From assembly GCF_000150275.1 (NCBI RefSeq), contig NW_002060947.1, positions 4,144,335-4,208,334 of the forward strand: a stretch of DNA of 64,000 bases, written 5' to 3'. Positions 13,201 through 28,152 of the stretch are shown here, piece by piece. The position numbers and the translations under genes were made by a program. The notes under the pieces are model-generated. The model made no database searches. It saw nothing but the letters and a program-made list of their open reading frames with translations, and was not told the origin of the DNA. Position 1 is the first letter of the stretch; each line of letters starts with the position of its first letter. This DNA comes from Trichoplax adhaerens (Eukaryota; Animalia; Placozoa).

Positions 13201-14199
13201 CTAGCAGAATTAGAGTTATTCTAATACTTTCAATTTCACAAAATTTATCCTATTGACATCTGGGGTTACTCGCATATACAATATTTTTTACCCCAAGATA
13301 ATGCAATATTAGCGTTTCAATCAAGCCTACAAGACTTCTACAGCTAAATATCGCTGCAATTTTTATTCATCTTATTTGGTAAGTTAAGTGATTCTTTGTT
13401 AGATATGGATGAAAAACTATAGCATTATTATATACATCTAGATAGACTACATAGTTGGAGTACTAAATGTATTAAATTTGAAGATATTGCTTACTAATGT
13501 TAGGCTAGGTTTAATTTGGTATAGAATGATCATTTTAGGTAATGAATTCACAATTATTTCTAATGTATGCTATAATTTTTTGATAGAGGATCACTTGCCT
13601 CATAGTAGCACCAAGTAACTGCAATAAATTCGTAAATTAGATTAGCTTTCCGATGAATGTAACACAGTATAGGATAAAAATTTAAAAAGAAGATGTTAAT
13701 ATATTCTGTATAGATAAATGAATCACCATCTACGTATCTTCTCGGCTATTGAAAATTAGATATCATGATTTAATAGTACGTATATACGGTATTTTGGATT
13801 ATGATAAAATGTTTTCTTTTAATAGCGTTTTCGTGTAGTATGTATGGAAGACAAGATATGCAAATAAATTGATAAGCTAACCTTACTATCGCTAATTGCT
13901 AGTGATAGTTTAGACAGCTTGTTGATAAGGATATCCAATACTTGTACATTACATGGGAATGTCTTTTTCTATGTTCAAACTACATTTCCGTTGCTAAATT
14001 TTTTGAATGTTTTTAAGTACCGTAGTTATGACAATTGCTAAGGAGTTTTTCTTTCTCGAATATGTGCTCCATCAAAAAGGAATAATTAGATATATGAATA
14101 AACAGCTACTTCATTCTGAAAATCTCATCCCTAATTTTCTAAACAGAAGCAACATAGTGTTCTTGAATAAAATATTTTATCTGAAAATAAATAACTAGT

Positions 14200-14760
14200 G
14201 GTGATAGATAGAAATTTTATTGGGTAACTATTCGATGTAAATGTTGAATTTGATTCAATTTAAGTAATAGATCAACATAGATGTATGTAAAGTAACGACT
14301 TGTATAGAATACTCTGAAATAGGTCTATCGGTTATTAGGAAGGTATAGTAGATAGATAAGATAATTTTTTATTGTTTGACAGTTGTATAGAAAGTGATAG
14401 ATAAGAATGTTTACATTATATTCAAAATTTCTATCGAGGTGATAGGATAGATAAAGATTACTTTACAATCATGTAACATTTACACAGAAAGTAATAGATT
14501 AGAATATTTGATAATTGATAACATTCATGGCCTTAGCATATGAATAGAAAATCATAGATAAGAATATATTATATTTGTTCAATACTTGTGTAAAACTGAC
14601 ACATGAATATAAAAGTATTTACATAGTTCAGCTCGTGCGTACAGCATATACAGCAGAAAGTGATTGACGAGAGCATTTATATCACTACAACATTTGTTTG
14701 GAATCTACGCACTATTTCATGAAATGTATAACACGAAAGTAGGTAGCAATCAGATATTTG
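14200..14760 (+). repeat. Degenerate dispersed motif ~AGAAAGTGATAGATAAGAATATTT upstream of the GPCR coding exon
   Basis: Variants at ~14389, ~14486, ~14546, ~14655 and ~14735, plus partial gatagata copies at ~14201, ~14350 and ~14445. Confidence 0.5.
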
Positions 14761-15197
14761 TTCAATAGACGAGAATTATTAATATTCATGTTTTAAAAAA
14801 GAGAACGATATATATGTACTGCATATACACTATAGTTAAACAATTTGATAAGCTCATTGCGAATGGGTACGGTCGACGAGTACAGTATACGAGTTACTCA
14901 GAACTCCTATATTATAACTGGCGTTATTTGAAATTAATACTGATTGTAATCAGAAAAGGTTCAAATTATAGCCGTGTGATATATAAACATCTTCGTTATT
15001 ACACGGTAGCCAATTTGATATAGAACGATAATATCATTTTCTAAGACAGAATAGCTTATCTAGAGCTATTGTTGTCATGACTTCTTCTATTAACAAAGTT
15101 GTCATTTTGAATCCCTTTTATAGAGTTAGCATCGAACAGCTACAACCAAGATCGCAAAAATTTTAAGTTGCAATAACTTCAAAGTTAAGCAATAAGA

Positions 15198-16454
15198 ATG
15201 GGCCATCAAAATAATAGCCTTTTCCTCCAAGTCAAAGCAACTCCAACCCCTCCAAGTATCATCGGTGTTCAAAATTGGGAATTTGTTTGTTTCACAATAT
15301 TATACAGTATCACTTTTATCCTAAGTCTATTTGGTAATAGCATCATGATTATTTCCATCATTCGTAATAAAACGAAAAATATGAGAGGCGCTACCAATTA
15401 TTTCATTGCTAATTTGGCCTTTTCTGATCTGTTAATTGCTATCTTTGTCATTCCCTATCGTTATAATGAATTCATTTTTAAACGTTGGCAATTAGGTCGA
15501 TTACTATGCGCTTTGTTGCCAACCATTGAGAAATCGCTCTTTACAGTCTCTATTTTACAAATATTAGCTATTGCTTATGCACGCCATCGTATTGTTGTCT
15601 TTCCATTTAAAAAAGCATTAACCAAACGGCGTGCTGCTATTATTATATTCCTAGTATGGATCGTAGCTATTTCAGGAGCTATCCCAGTTACAGTTAAAAT
15701 GCACTATGACAATATTTTCACTACTAAACGAGCACTTTATTGTGCACCATGGTGGTCATTTGCTTATCAACGTATATATTATCGTGTCTTGTTCTTTCTC
15801 AATGCTGTTCCCATGTTTATTACGTTTGGTATTTATGGCCACGTTTACTACGTTATGAGACGTCGTACCCGACGCAATAATAGCATTAATTCGCATAATC
15901 CAGCAACTGCTGCTAGCCATCGTAGTATCTTAAAAATGCTACTAGTAATGCTATTATTAAGTTCATTGTGTTGGATACCCTACGGTAGCATGATCTTTGT
16001 TCTCAGTCTTGTTATTCTTCGCCATCCAAAATTAACATTGATATTATCATTTTTAAAATGGCTTGCAGTCTTTAACTGCTGTCATAATCCATTTGTATGC
16101 TGGATATTTAGCCAGAATTATCGCCAAGAAATGATTTACGTCATAACATGCGATAAGCGAATATCTGTATTTGATCGTCGGAGACCTGATCGGTTTACCA
16201 CTTCTGCCAGTACTCAAAGTAAAAGTATAATGTTGTCTAGCCAACGAAGTAAATCAGGTAGTTTTAAACTTTCACGCCGTACATTATCGTTTTTTGGAAG
16301 CTTTCGTCGTCAATCAAATCAGCAAAATAAAAGTAATAACGATGCTAATGGTAATCAACAGCAAATTCCTTCCAGACAAGTTCAAAAACCCCTTCAAAAT
16401 CTGACTAATTGCTTAAGTTCTCCATTAATGCAAAGTAAGGAAGCTATGGTATAA
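15198..16454 (+). CDS. Class A (rhodopsin-like) GPCR, neuropeptide-receptor-like, single coding exon, 418 aa
   Basis: GN in TM1 (LFGNSI), TNYFIANLAFSDLL in TM2, WQLGRLLC in ECL1/TM3, TM4 Trp (LVWIVA), ECL2 Cys (LYCAPWW), CWIP in TM6, HNPF in TM7, Ser/Arg-rich tail. Confidence 0.95.
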   Translation: MGHQNNSLFLQVKATPTPPSIIGVQNWEFVCFTILYSITFILSLFGNSIMIISIIRNKTKNMRGATNYFIANLAFSDLLIAIFVIPYRYNEFIFKRWQLGRLLCALLPTIEKSLFTVSILQILAIAYARHRIVVFPFKKALTKRRAAIIIFLVWIVAISGAIPVTVKMHYDNIFTTKRALYCAPWWSFAYQRIYYRVLFFLNAVPMFITFGIYGHVYYVMRRRTRRNNSINSHNPATAASHRSILKMLLVMLLLSSLCWIPYGSMIFVLSLVILRHPKLTLILSFLKWLAVFNCCHNPFVCWIFSQNYRQEMIYVITCDKRISVFDRRRPDRFTTSASTQSKSIMLSSQRSKSGSFKLSRRTLSFFGSFRRQSNQQNKSNNDANGNQQQIPSRQVQKPLQNLTNCLSSPLMQSKEAMV

Positions 16455-18986
16455 TTGTGTCATTATTCAAAATCAAGATCAAATATATCATCTGTTCTTT
16501 TTAAACTTTCAATCTCTTATAGTATAATCTTAATGATTTGTTTACCGAATCATAACAGAGCTATCTTCTACCACTGATAATAATATTACTATTATTTATA
16601 GGGTAATTTAACTTATACTAGGTAATTAAATACAACTATAATTATCTGCAGCTATCTATAACTACCCTGCTATAATTAATTTGATTAAGCTTAATCCTTA
16701 AAGTTAGCAAGTAAATTAAATTCTGAAATTTTAATCAAATTTATTATGATTACTAAGATTTTTATTCCTTCAATTATTAAACTTATGTTTATAAATTAGA
16801 AACTAGTATCACTTAATAAGTTTCAAAATAGATTGACCACACTATGCCATATTAATAGTGGCTTTTTAATCTCCATAAGAAAAATCGACGATAAACATAA
16901 ACTGGAATCAGTAGTCTTAACGCTAAGTATAATATTTAAATTCTATAAAACCCAGCCTTATTAAATGAAATGATCTTATAAATCTTACTCAGTTTTATCT
17001 GTCCATTTTGTTTCAGCTCGCAATAATATTTACCTTTCTTCACGATTTCATTAATCATGTATCATCGTATCATTTAAGGTTTAATAAAACTAACCAAATA
17101 TTCAGACTAAAATCATCCGTATTTATCTTATTGTATGGAATACCAAGTAATCAATGCTATATTACTTAATATTGCAAAAGTTGTATAGAATATTGTAATA
17201 TTACATATTAATATAGTTATTTAATGCTGTAATCAGCTTTCCTCCGATATACAGTTCATATTGTTATATAGGATTTCAATCATCGTTTCTCTAATTGAAT
17301 TAGCTGTATACTGTACTATAGTTTATTTGCAGTTATACATAAAGGAATAAGCATAAGAGAAACTGGTATATTTATTCTAACTTAGTATACTGTAAAAGTG
17401 GACAACTCTGTCCAAACTGATCGCTTCTACGACTCGTCTCATAGATTGAAAATGGCAGCTTTCATAAGTACGTTTAATATCGCTTAAAACTACAATATTT
17501 CTTTACGCTTTTCCTCATCATAAATTCTATCGCTATTATTTAATAGCTAACCGGTTCTTACGCTTTTATTTTTTACTACATTAGCAATTTTCTGCCTTAT
17601 TTTTTATCAGAAGTTCAAGAATCAGGATGAAAATAGCAGGCAATTAGCCAAGGATTAATCTAATCAGTTGACCGTTATTGAATCTATCGCTCGTGCTTGC
17701 ATGTTGTAGACTTCTTCGTACATTGATACTGTAAGTAGACAACTAAAATACACAGGTCGATGCTATAAAGTAACGGCATAATTTGTCAAGTGTCGAAATT
17801 GTACAATGCACACCTTAGATGGGAGTAAATGTTCCTATTGATATTCTTTACTAAGTTATGAACTAAGTCACAATTAGAAAAGAGAAGTGTTACCGGTAAC
17901 CTAACAATAATGCTTATTTGTCAGGATTAATATAACTAATAAGAAAGCTGTATGAAATTTAGTTAAATATTCACATGATGAAATTTTGACTTCTTTCCAT
18001 TATTTTAATATGATAATTAATGGATAGTTATTAAAATGACGTAAGCTACTTTTTACCTTCTGAAACGATACCAAGGATTGTGATTTGTTTGGTTTAAATG
18101 TAAATTTCCTTTTTTAGTTCATTTCGATATATCTTTATGAAGATTATCAAGTTCCGAAACAAGAAAATTGAAGTAGTAAAGTGCTTTTATTACTTGTAAT
18201 AAGAAGAACTTTCTTTGAGCAATACAGCCTAAGACTTCGAAATATATTTACGAAAATGATATTGTGATCGGAAAAAGTAATACAAATTTGCAAATAGGAT
18301 TGAATTAAGATTCTTAGAAAAGTAAGCGAACTAATAGTCTTTCAAAGTCAGATACTAATAATACGTTAAGATATATGTTATACCAGTATGAAAGACTCTT
18401 ACAAATAATACATTATCTCCTGCCCAGTACAATCAAATACTGTAGAGCGTTGCTTGCACAAAAGCTAAAGTTTGTGTTAGATTTACAGATTTTCAATAAG
18501 TCTGTAGTCTTCTGTAATACAATAGAAGTGCACTAAATCTACAGAAAAACGAATTTTTCGGTGCACATTAATAGTCGATGGCCAGCATCGATTAATTAGC
18601 AACATCATATTTCCTTGAATAAAAATCATATAGCTAGACCAGCTTAGTATTGATAATTATGACGAATCATGAATAGTTTTACATTATATACTAAAATTGT
18701 CCTTTATAACACACATATGTTATTCTACTTCGTGACATCGGTCAGAATACAAGTTAATATAGCATGCTTTAAAAATTTAGTTGCAAAATCTAGTATGGCA
18801 TATTTTATCAGACATTTTTCGAAGTATCTTGATCGAATAGATCATAACATAGCTACTAAACTCGTATATTGCATATTTTACATGTCAGTTTTATTTATAA
18901 AGTATATATGTTAATATAAAGAAGTTCTTTCTTAACTTGGCATAGAATGAAAATTTAAAAGGAGTTGGAAGATATATATAACAATG

Positions 18987-21900
18987 CTAATCTTTTACTT
19001 TTACAAAAGGATGATTCAGTAATTCGCTAGTCGTCCATCTATCTTGTGGATCGTGTACTAAGCAGCGACTGAGGAAATCCTTTCCTTCATCGCTAATGGA
19101 ATCTGGTGTAACTGGAGCTGCACCACTTCCAACTTGGAACATAATAGCAAATTCGTCATCGAATTCTGACCACGGATGCTAAGTAATAAGTAATTCCGTT
19201 AGTTAAGGTACGTGATTAGCTGGTATTAGAATTTGTATAGCTATAATATTAATGTAAATATAAATTCTCGTAAGCTCACACTATGGATGTATCAACTTAC
19301 TCTGCCAGTTACCATCTCGATTACTACACATCCTAAGCTCCAAATATCGACTGCTCTACCATGTCCTTTTCGTTTATTTTCAGTTATCATTTCAGGGGCC
19401 ATAAAGGCTAAAAATTATAGGTATAAGATGAATTTACCGATTAAGGCAATTAATTGATATTTTTTAATTAAAACGGGTCCCTATCTTCAAATTTGCTAAA
19501 TCACCTGTGGTTCCTCTCATATTATTAAATTCACCATACATAGTCGTAGTTTTAGACAGTTTAACGGAACAACCAAAATCTCCGAGCTTGATAAGACCAT
19601 TTCTTGCCAAAAAAATGTTATTACCTGAAAAGATAGTAGGTATTCGATTAAGATTGGAGATAATTAATACAGTGATTCTGCAAACACAAATAGTCTAATA
19701 AGGTTGTAAGAAATGGAAGAAGATGTAGGTTGTGGATTTAACGTTCTAGTACAGTGAACAAATTTGTACCTTTAATATCCCGATGTACAATACCATTTTC
19801 ATGTAAAAAATCGATTGCAACCAAAATTTGCTTCGTGTATCTACGAATCATTGCTTCAGGTAATCCATTTTTGGCAGCGTCACTGATTGTACCTTCGTTA
19901 CAGTATTCCATGAAGATTAACAATTGCTCCTAAGCACACAAGTATTAATATGTTATTTCTAGCATTGAGAAGTGTTCTAGAAAATAATACGAACACAATA
20001 TCATATTTGCAAAAAGTAGATATTTATACGTAGTTTACATGATTTATTGCATACAAGACATAACAAAGTTATCTCTTACTCTGTGAATTTCAGCCCCATA
20101 ACATTTTACGAGATTAGGATGATTAATATTTTCGATATTGCCGATTTCATCAGCTATTTCTCTAATGGAAGCCAAGTCACCGCGTTGAAAGCGAATCTAG
20201 TAATCATAAGTACGATATTAGTAATTAAAGTTACAGAAAGGAGCTTATACACATCTAGTATGCTTTAAAATTAAATTCATAGCTTAGTTGATTATTTCTG
20301 TATGTACGATAATTTTATTTTATTTGTATCAAATTAAAATAAAACAAAATTCCGCAAGGTATAATACCTCCTTCATTGCCATTATTTCTCCAGTGTCTAA
20401 ACTGATGCAAGTATAAACTTTACCAAATCTACCTTCACCTAGGGTAAAGAATATCGTATAACTAAATAAGCAAGGGCTACCTTACCGTACTGTGCATTGA
20501 AAAATAGTGGTATAGCACCATTTCAATTGTAATCAAAATTTTTCTGAAAACATACCAATTTTTTTGCTACGCTGCCAGCGATATTTCACCTTCCTTATTA
20601 TTAATGCATCGATTAATCCGCTAGCAACATCTCTGTGACGATTACAAAGTCTGCCAATGACATCATCATTAAATAGTTTTTTTTCTCTTCTTTCTTCTAG
20701 TTTTTCTATGTAGTATAGGACTCGTATAGAGCGTGGATATCTATCAATTTCTGAATTATTATGGCTTAAAGAATATACTCCACTGCTGTTACTAGATGAG
20801 GTCGTTTGATGTGAGAATCCTGATACGGGTAAGGGACCAGGAGAATTGACACTAAAAAAATCAGCAATGGTTTCGTGTTCGGAATCGCTACCTGAGAAGC
20901 TACCGAGTCTTTGAACTAGTAAATTGCAATATATTAAGATTGTTATCAATAAACGCGGTAACCAATTGTATGGTTATTTCTGGAATTTACATAAGGAATA
21001 CTTACGGACATCGCCTTTTAGTTTATCAGCTATACTAGTGGGATATGATACTGGTCGTTGTAGCTTCTGAACTGTACTAGATGGTGATTTTGGTGGCAAG
21101 ATTATTCTAGAGCTTTTCGATTTCTTGTACTTATCCATTATTGGATTACCAATGATGTGTGCTACGCATTTATCTGTCGATGCCTTTAGTAGCTAGATTC
21201 GAACGATATCATTTTTGAGTCATTATAATGATAACATCTAATTTTACTACATTATAGCGTTATATAGATCTATCGACTTACTTGAAAATTATCTTCTGAT
21301 ATATGGGCTACATTTTGTGGACTACATACCACAGATAGAAATTCTAAGCCTTGCAATGACCATCTATATATTTTAACATAAAAGGTGCTGTAAGTTGTGC
21401 TATCGCGATAAATCATGTTTCAAAACTGTCGTATTGTGTTATGTCATAACAGATCTAAAAATAATCAAGGATAACAAAAAGAATACATTATGATGTTTCG
21501 TACAATCGATATCTTATCTCCTTAGTTTAAAGACAATGATTGAATACCTTGGTTTGGATCCTCTGCCTTTTTCGCAATTCTTTTGGACGAAAGCTGTCCA
21601 TTGCAAAACTAAGTCGATTAAATGAGGTCCTAGAGGAACTGAAATTTCTTCCCATCCTAACAGTCGAATAATTTCTCGATGATACTAAGTGAAGGAAGTA
21701 AAATGATGAAATGTCAAAAAAATTCTACAATTAAAGTGAACGATCTAATGCACAAGCGTGTATGCAAAGACGTAAACAACAACACACCTCGAATCCCATA
21801 TTGTAGCAGGCATGCATAGTTTCAACATAGTAAGAATGAGTTACGACTTCGTGTAGGTTAGAATGTACACGTTCTATGGCGCTGCAGATTTCTTCACTTA

Positions 21901-24900
21901 ATGAATAAATCGAATTCTATAAATAAATTAGATTAATAGGGATAAAATGTAAATCATTTCTCTATCAATGCTGGTTGTAGAAATGTTATATCATCAATTT
22001 AATAAATTAGCAATCGTAAGCTATTGCTAGTAATTACTCTGAGTATGTCAAGTGAATCTAATACTCCTTGATGACAAGTCGTTTTCTTATTAACTAAGGT
22101 TACTGAATCCTTCAGAAGTTTCTGAAATTTATGCCGCTGTTGCCCTAGCTGCGCTGAATTTTCAACAAGCAGTGTTAAGTGATCGACCTTCAGCGCCGAT
22201 GGAGAATATCAAAAGGATATATAAAATATTTTAATATTTTATAACAATAGACACTCAATTGACATATATTATTTATACGTCGATATATTTGCTTACAATA
22301 ATATCAGATAAGGCAATTGCTGCTTCTATTGATGAATCGACAAAAACCATACTTTCAGACCGACGTATCGTAGTTAGCGGTTTAGTTTCATTACTGTTTG
22401 TTATTATCAATAGATAATAATCCTGATCGCTATTAGAAGAATCAGGAGTATCTCTACTACAACACACATTCATTAATTTTGAAATGGCCCTAAAGAGATA
22501 AGAATATGATAAGTGTCTTACATATTTCAGCAATAATCCAATTACTTAATAAACAGGCAGTAGAAGAATAATATAATTCTATCTTACTTCTTGTTTTTCA
22601 CCATGCCAACAGGAGCAAATATCAGCATACCAGTTGTATGACGCGTTACAACTTGTACGTGACCAGTTTCGTATAATTTTTGAACAATGATATCGTGCTC
22701 ATCTTGTATCTTGAACGTTGCAGCAATTTCTAAGTCCTAATTTATGAAATATGATTTAATTGAGCTAAGGAGTACAATTTAGTAAGTTTCAAATAATCTT
22801 CATTACAGTATTGGATATACGCTTATCGGTAATAAGGAAAATGTATAGAGCGTTAATATGTTCTACATATAAAGGGTTATATGATAGATATAAAGTTTAT
22901 TGTTTGAATTAGTTGTATAACGAAGTCATGTTGGCGCACCGTACATATTAGTAGGTACCTTTTTCAGCATTTTTGCGAAACTTAGAGCTTTATTTGCTTG
23001 TTGTTTAGCTTGGTTGAATAAGTCTCTACAGTAGCGGCTTATATCATTGACTTTACGTCTAAAGAGTAAATAATATTTTCAATTCAGCTTCTTGATAAGA
23101 AACACTTTGATAACGTACGTAAGATTACTAGAATTATAATAAATGAATTAATTAATTAAAATTGAAGTTTACCTTGATCCATCAGTTAAAACATTTTCTG
23201 CTGTATTATCTTCCACCTCCATGCAATACTCGTCTAGTTTAGCTTGTAAATAATCACCAGTCGTTTTAATCATACCAGCAGCAAGAGCACTATAAAATTG
23301 ATAAAATTGAATCTTTAGTATTTATGCGTTCTGATACTCAATTAATGTTACGATATTTACCGACTATCGTTACGTAACAGTAACAATATTATATAACACA
23401 TGTAACGTTTTCGTGTTCAAATTGGATATATGAGCAATTAAAGTGAATGATATTGTTGTAGAATTACCAGAATCGCTTTGCGGCACCAACTTCACCATCT
23501 AGAATTGAGGATGAAATTTCCCTTAAAAAGGACCACTCTTCCTCAAGGACGTTGTTCATAGAATTGGAGGAAACAGTTTGCCATAGGCTTAACCAGTGAT
23601 GTAAATAATTGAAGTAGACCTGTAAAGGACATGATCAATTAAACGCTTTAATGTTAAACAAGTCTCTTATAAATCGGTCAGTGTAGAACCGAATATACGT
23701 ACTATCAACATTCGGGTTAAATGTAAGGTACTTATATAAAATAGGAAGTCAAAGATAAGTGAAATAAAGAAAATCATATGGATACCCTTTGCATGTCGTG
23801 AAGGTGTTCTTCAAATCCTGCGACATCCGAGTCGAAGATATCTTTGTTAACTGAGTCGAAATCGACAAGAATAGCTTCGACAGATTCTTGATAGAAATTT
23901 TTTACTTTAAAGCATGCTAATAGAACTTGTTTACATTCCCGTAATAGCTAGAATATTACGAAAGAATAATAAGATTCGATAAACAGATTTCTTTAAAGAT
24001 TTTAAAGTTTGAAAAGGTACTTTGAGTGAAAATCTAATAGGACAATTTTTAGGTTTAATTTCAATGGCAATATTAAGTTGCCAAAAAAGAATCTGGCATT
24101 TTAGAAAATTTAGCCGATTCCTTGCTTCCTTTCAATTATTATTAATTACCTGTTCAATACTAAAGGATGATGGTTCTGAACTCGGTAAATGCTCCAGCCT
24201 AATTCGTAAACATTCATGTAGAACGTCTAAAGGAATTTTAAGCAATGTAAGCACTGCACGACGAAATGTTGGTAATCCCATCTCTTGGAATTCGGAGCTC
24301 CACGCACCGTGTTCATAAATCAAGTGCCTCCTATTATCAATATTTGTATCTCCGCCAGAGAAAACGTTGGGTTTTTCTAACGCAAAACGGGCATTGTCGA
24401 CAGTCATTTTTAAAAGAGTTTTCAAGCGATCTACCAAGCCGTCAACGCCCATTAGTTTGAGGCAGCGTTCAACAAATACCTTGTAGCAGGGGATATCGAT
24501 ATTATCGTCATCTTGGGGATCAGTTAGGGTCGACTCAGACTGTTGTTCTTTATTTACATGGTTATCATCATGTGTGCATACTTCATTGACATCATCGTCG
24601 CTTTCTGGGTTTGATAAAACGATTGTAACATCAGGTATTTTTGCAGTCTCCTGGTTTAATTGAGAATCAAAACTTTGACTGCTCATTAGAAGGCTCCCAT
24701 TAGTAGATTCTGTAATAGATGAATTACCAGTATCGTTGTGATCGATGCCTCTGAATGCGGTTATGTCTATACTACAGGACCTTAGTCGTTCATCCGGATC
24801 TAAATCAACCTTTTGGTAGTTACAAAATGTATCATTGCATTTAATATTTACACTTAATTCATTGGACATTAAGCAAAATTGCCTCGATAGATTTTGTACC

Positions 24901-27900
24901 ATATTGAGCCATAAAGTTAAAGTATTAATCCTTTCTTGTAATTTAACGTTACGAAATCTAGCTTCGCTCCTTGCTAGAGATTTTAAATTAGGGTATAATC
25001 TTTCAAGCCGATCTAATCGTTTCATAATTGATATAACTCGTTCTGCATATTCTTTATCAATAGCCATGACAGATAAATCACCAAAATTCCACGCTGTAGT
25101 AGTATACTTTTCCTCCTGATTTAACCAATGGGCTAAGTAGTCCTTTTCTACTTCATCGATGCTAGATTCTTCCAATTGTTCATCTTCGGGGTTACTAAAG
25201 TCATCTATCTGAAAGCCCATATCATCTTCTTTGTCGTCATTTTCTGTCGTTATTGACACATCAACTAAGGTTGAACTAGATTGATTGGGCGAAGAATCGC
25301 GATAACTATCGGTAAGTGAGTTTATACTATTGTAGGTACTATCGCCATTATTATCACTATCTATTGGATTATTATGGGATTTTTGATTAAAATTTAATTG
25401 CATAATTTCATCAAGGATATTGCAGTATTCTCGTCGTTGTTTTTGCAAGTATTTCTCGAATTCATCAATATCACGATCGGCTAATCTTGATCGAATTTCT
25501 AACCATAATGCATTCTGATAGTCTTCCCTCCATCTATCAGTGGGTTCATAGGTATTATCGGATATACTTAGGGATAAATCTACTGATTCCTTTTGCTTAT
25601 GATATGATGAACCTAAATTAATTTTCTTTATAAGAGAGGAATAGAAATCTTTCCTATGTTGAGCACAGTCAGGCTTTAGTAATGAATCGCTTGAGAGACC
25701 ATCGGAGTGGGGAGATGAACATGGTGACTCTTCAACTGAATTTAGTCTATTAAAGCTTTTAAATTCATGAGACATTGCTCTAATTAATGATGATTGAGTG
25801 ACTGTTGGTGAGAATTGTTCTGGAGATGCAGTAAAAAAGTTTTCTTTTGTTTTTCTATCATACTGTCTAGATTTTTGGTTGTTTATTTTTCTGGCTTTAT
25901 GAAGAGCAGGAAATACACCATTTGTTCCATCCTGTTGGTTGGCCTATTGTATCCATAAGTACAATCAATGAGGTCAAGGTAGATTCAGATGTATTAGTCA
26001 GTGTCATAATGTGAAGAGCTTTTGTACAAAGTTTACTATACATATATACTGTAGAACTGTATTATGAATGACCGATAGTACTGTAGTGGCGTTTATTGTT
26101 AAAGCACATAGCGAATTTTAGATATACAGTACTAAATGTACAGCAAGCATATAAGTATTTAGGATAAATGATTCAATTCTGCAGGACTAGCATGAAATAG
26201 CAATAGTATAAGGATAAGTGGTATCCCATTTGATAAGGTCAATTAGCATAACTTTTAAAATGAAAGAAGCTATCCGCTTTGAAATTATAAAACGTATAGA
26301 CGATCTATCATTAATCTTTTAGCATTATCGATTACTTTTATCCAATTTTCTATAGCCGTGTTGAATTAATTTTTATTGTATTGAAAAATTACCCCAAAAA
26401 TTAAGTTAAGGCTTATGCAATAGTAGCTCTTACGCGATAGATTCATGAATTATTTATCTATCATTCGCTTTTTAGTCGCTACTACATAAAGATAATGTCA
26501 TCTATTTTAGTAATAATTATAGCAATTTAAAGATAGATGTGAGAGTAGATGAATTACATTAATACTGTAATGTCAGAATCAATGGAAAAGATTACACGTT
26601 TATTAAAATTGCCTCAGGGACCTGTATTATGAATACTGTAAATGTACAAGTTAAGGTCAATACCTGAAATTGGACAATCCTAGAATTGACCAATGCACTA
26701 GAACGTACTTTATTTTGATAATTTAAATGATTGACAATAGTAGAACTAGTAAGTAATCTTTTAGTTGAGGATTCTAGCTTGAGGGTGAAATCATTTCAGG
26801 AATGTCTACGATTATTTCCAATAAGCCAAGTAAATGTGCATTTACTAGCAGTGGATAATGTATCATGCGCCTTTATATTGTTTAACCGTGATAGACGTAT
26901 TATTACCACATGTATATATATTCATTTCATAATAATACAGTAGTGATATTGCATACTAATCTATAATTTACAATAGTGGCAAAGATAACATAATTACAGT
27001 ATCCAGGGTATATTTGATCAAGATACAACGAATTGATTGTTTAATTGTATTCAAAATTCAAAACGACTTTGGAAGGTGCAACGATAAGTTATCGAAGTGT
27101 TGAGCAGCAGCGTCTAAGCTGGGAACGATAGTACTGTACAGTACTACAAGTGTTCATATAAAATGGATACGCTATAAAACTGATGTAATGCTACTACGTA
27201 TAGTAGAGTAGTTCCATTATACAGTAGTGTAAGAATAGTAATAATTTCAATTGTATAGGCGTTGGAGTGAACATACTCACAAGCGTAAACAGAGTACTGA
27301 GCTGAGTAAGAAAGCTAAGGTAAAAAGTATAAACATAGCTACTAAAACGGTGAAATAAGACCAAATTCTTTAGCAGAATCATAACACAATTGATGCCATT
27401 AATCAACTTTATTTGTAAAGAAACGATTATCTTGTTTACACAATAAGTCGTGGAAGTGGAAAGCCGTCCAAATGTATTATTTATACTGCACTGTATATTG
27501 TAGCCAACTAGAATTTAGAATTAATTGGGGTACCCATGGCGAACAAAATTAAAAGATTGATGTACGTACAGTACGTCGTACAGTAGGTGTATGATAGTGA
27601 TGAGATGTACTGCAGTATTAATCTGCTAACCCATGGCACAATTTGCTCTCGTAGCAGTTTATCTGTTTGAAGTTTTGAACTTTTTCATGAAGCATCCTGG
27701 AGCAAGTACGTTAGACTAGCATTAATTGATTGTACGTCTATCACATTCCACCATGTCTAAATGTACGTATTGTTTTTACTTACAGGGATTATTTGGCGTG
27801 CAGCGCTGCGTGGATGATTGCGTTGATTTTCTTGGTATTTTTCGTTGGTTAAATTTTTATGGTTGATATTTTTACTACTCGAATCTTCTTTATAACGCAA

Positions 27901-28152
27901 TTTTTCACGTTTACCAATTCGTGTTTTAGCTCTTGCCACTCGAGAATCATACGGAGGGGTCACGCCATAAGCTGGAAATTCCAAGGAGTCACTATCAGTA
28001 ATATCGTCATTGTCCAAATCGTAACTATCTACGCTACCAGAACCAAATGAGCCACTATCCAGTAAAGGATTATAATCTTCAGGTGGTGACACCGAAGCTA
28101 CTTCAGATCCATGAGCACTATTTTGCCTATTGACTGATTTTTCAAAAGACAT
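18987..28152 (-). CDS. MAP3K4: MAP kinase kinase kinase 4 (MEKK4/Ssk2 family), multi-exon
   Basis: First exon 28152-27784 (MSFEKS...YGVTPP), large exon 2 25943-24150 ([51 protein letters not shown]). Kinase exons read [17 protein letters not shown]...[39 protein letters not shown]. Last exon ends HPFVKVKD-stop (TAG at 18987-18989). Confidence 0.95.

Noticed and set aside
17611-17730. Exon-like segment flanked by tttttatcag and gtaagt
   Set aside because: Stops occur in all three frames and no partner exons were found; it may be non-coding but is unsupported.
24022-25119. Plus-strand ORFs of 64-98 aa
   Set aside because: Antisense shadows of the large MAP3K4 exon.
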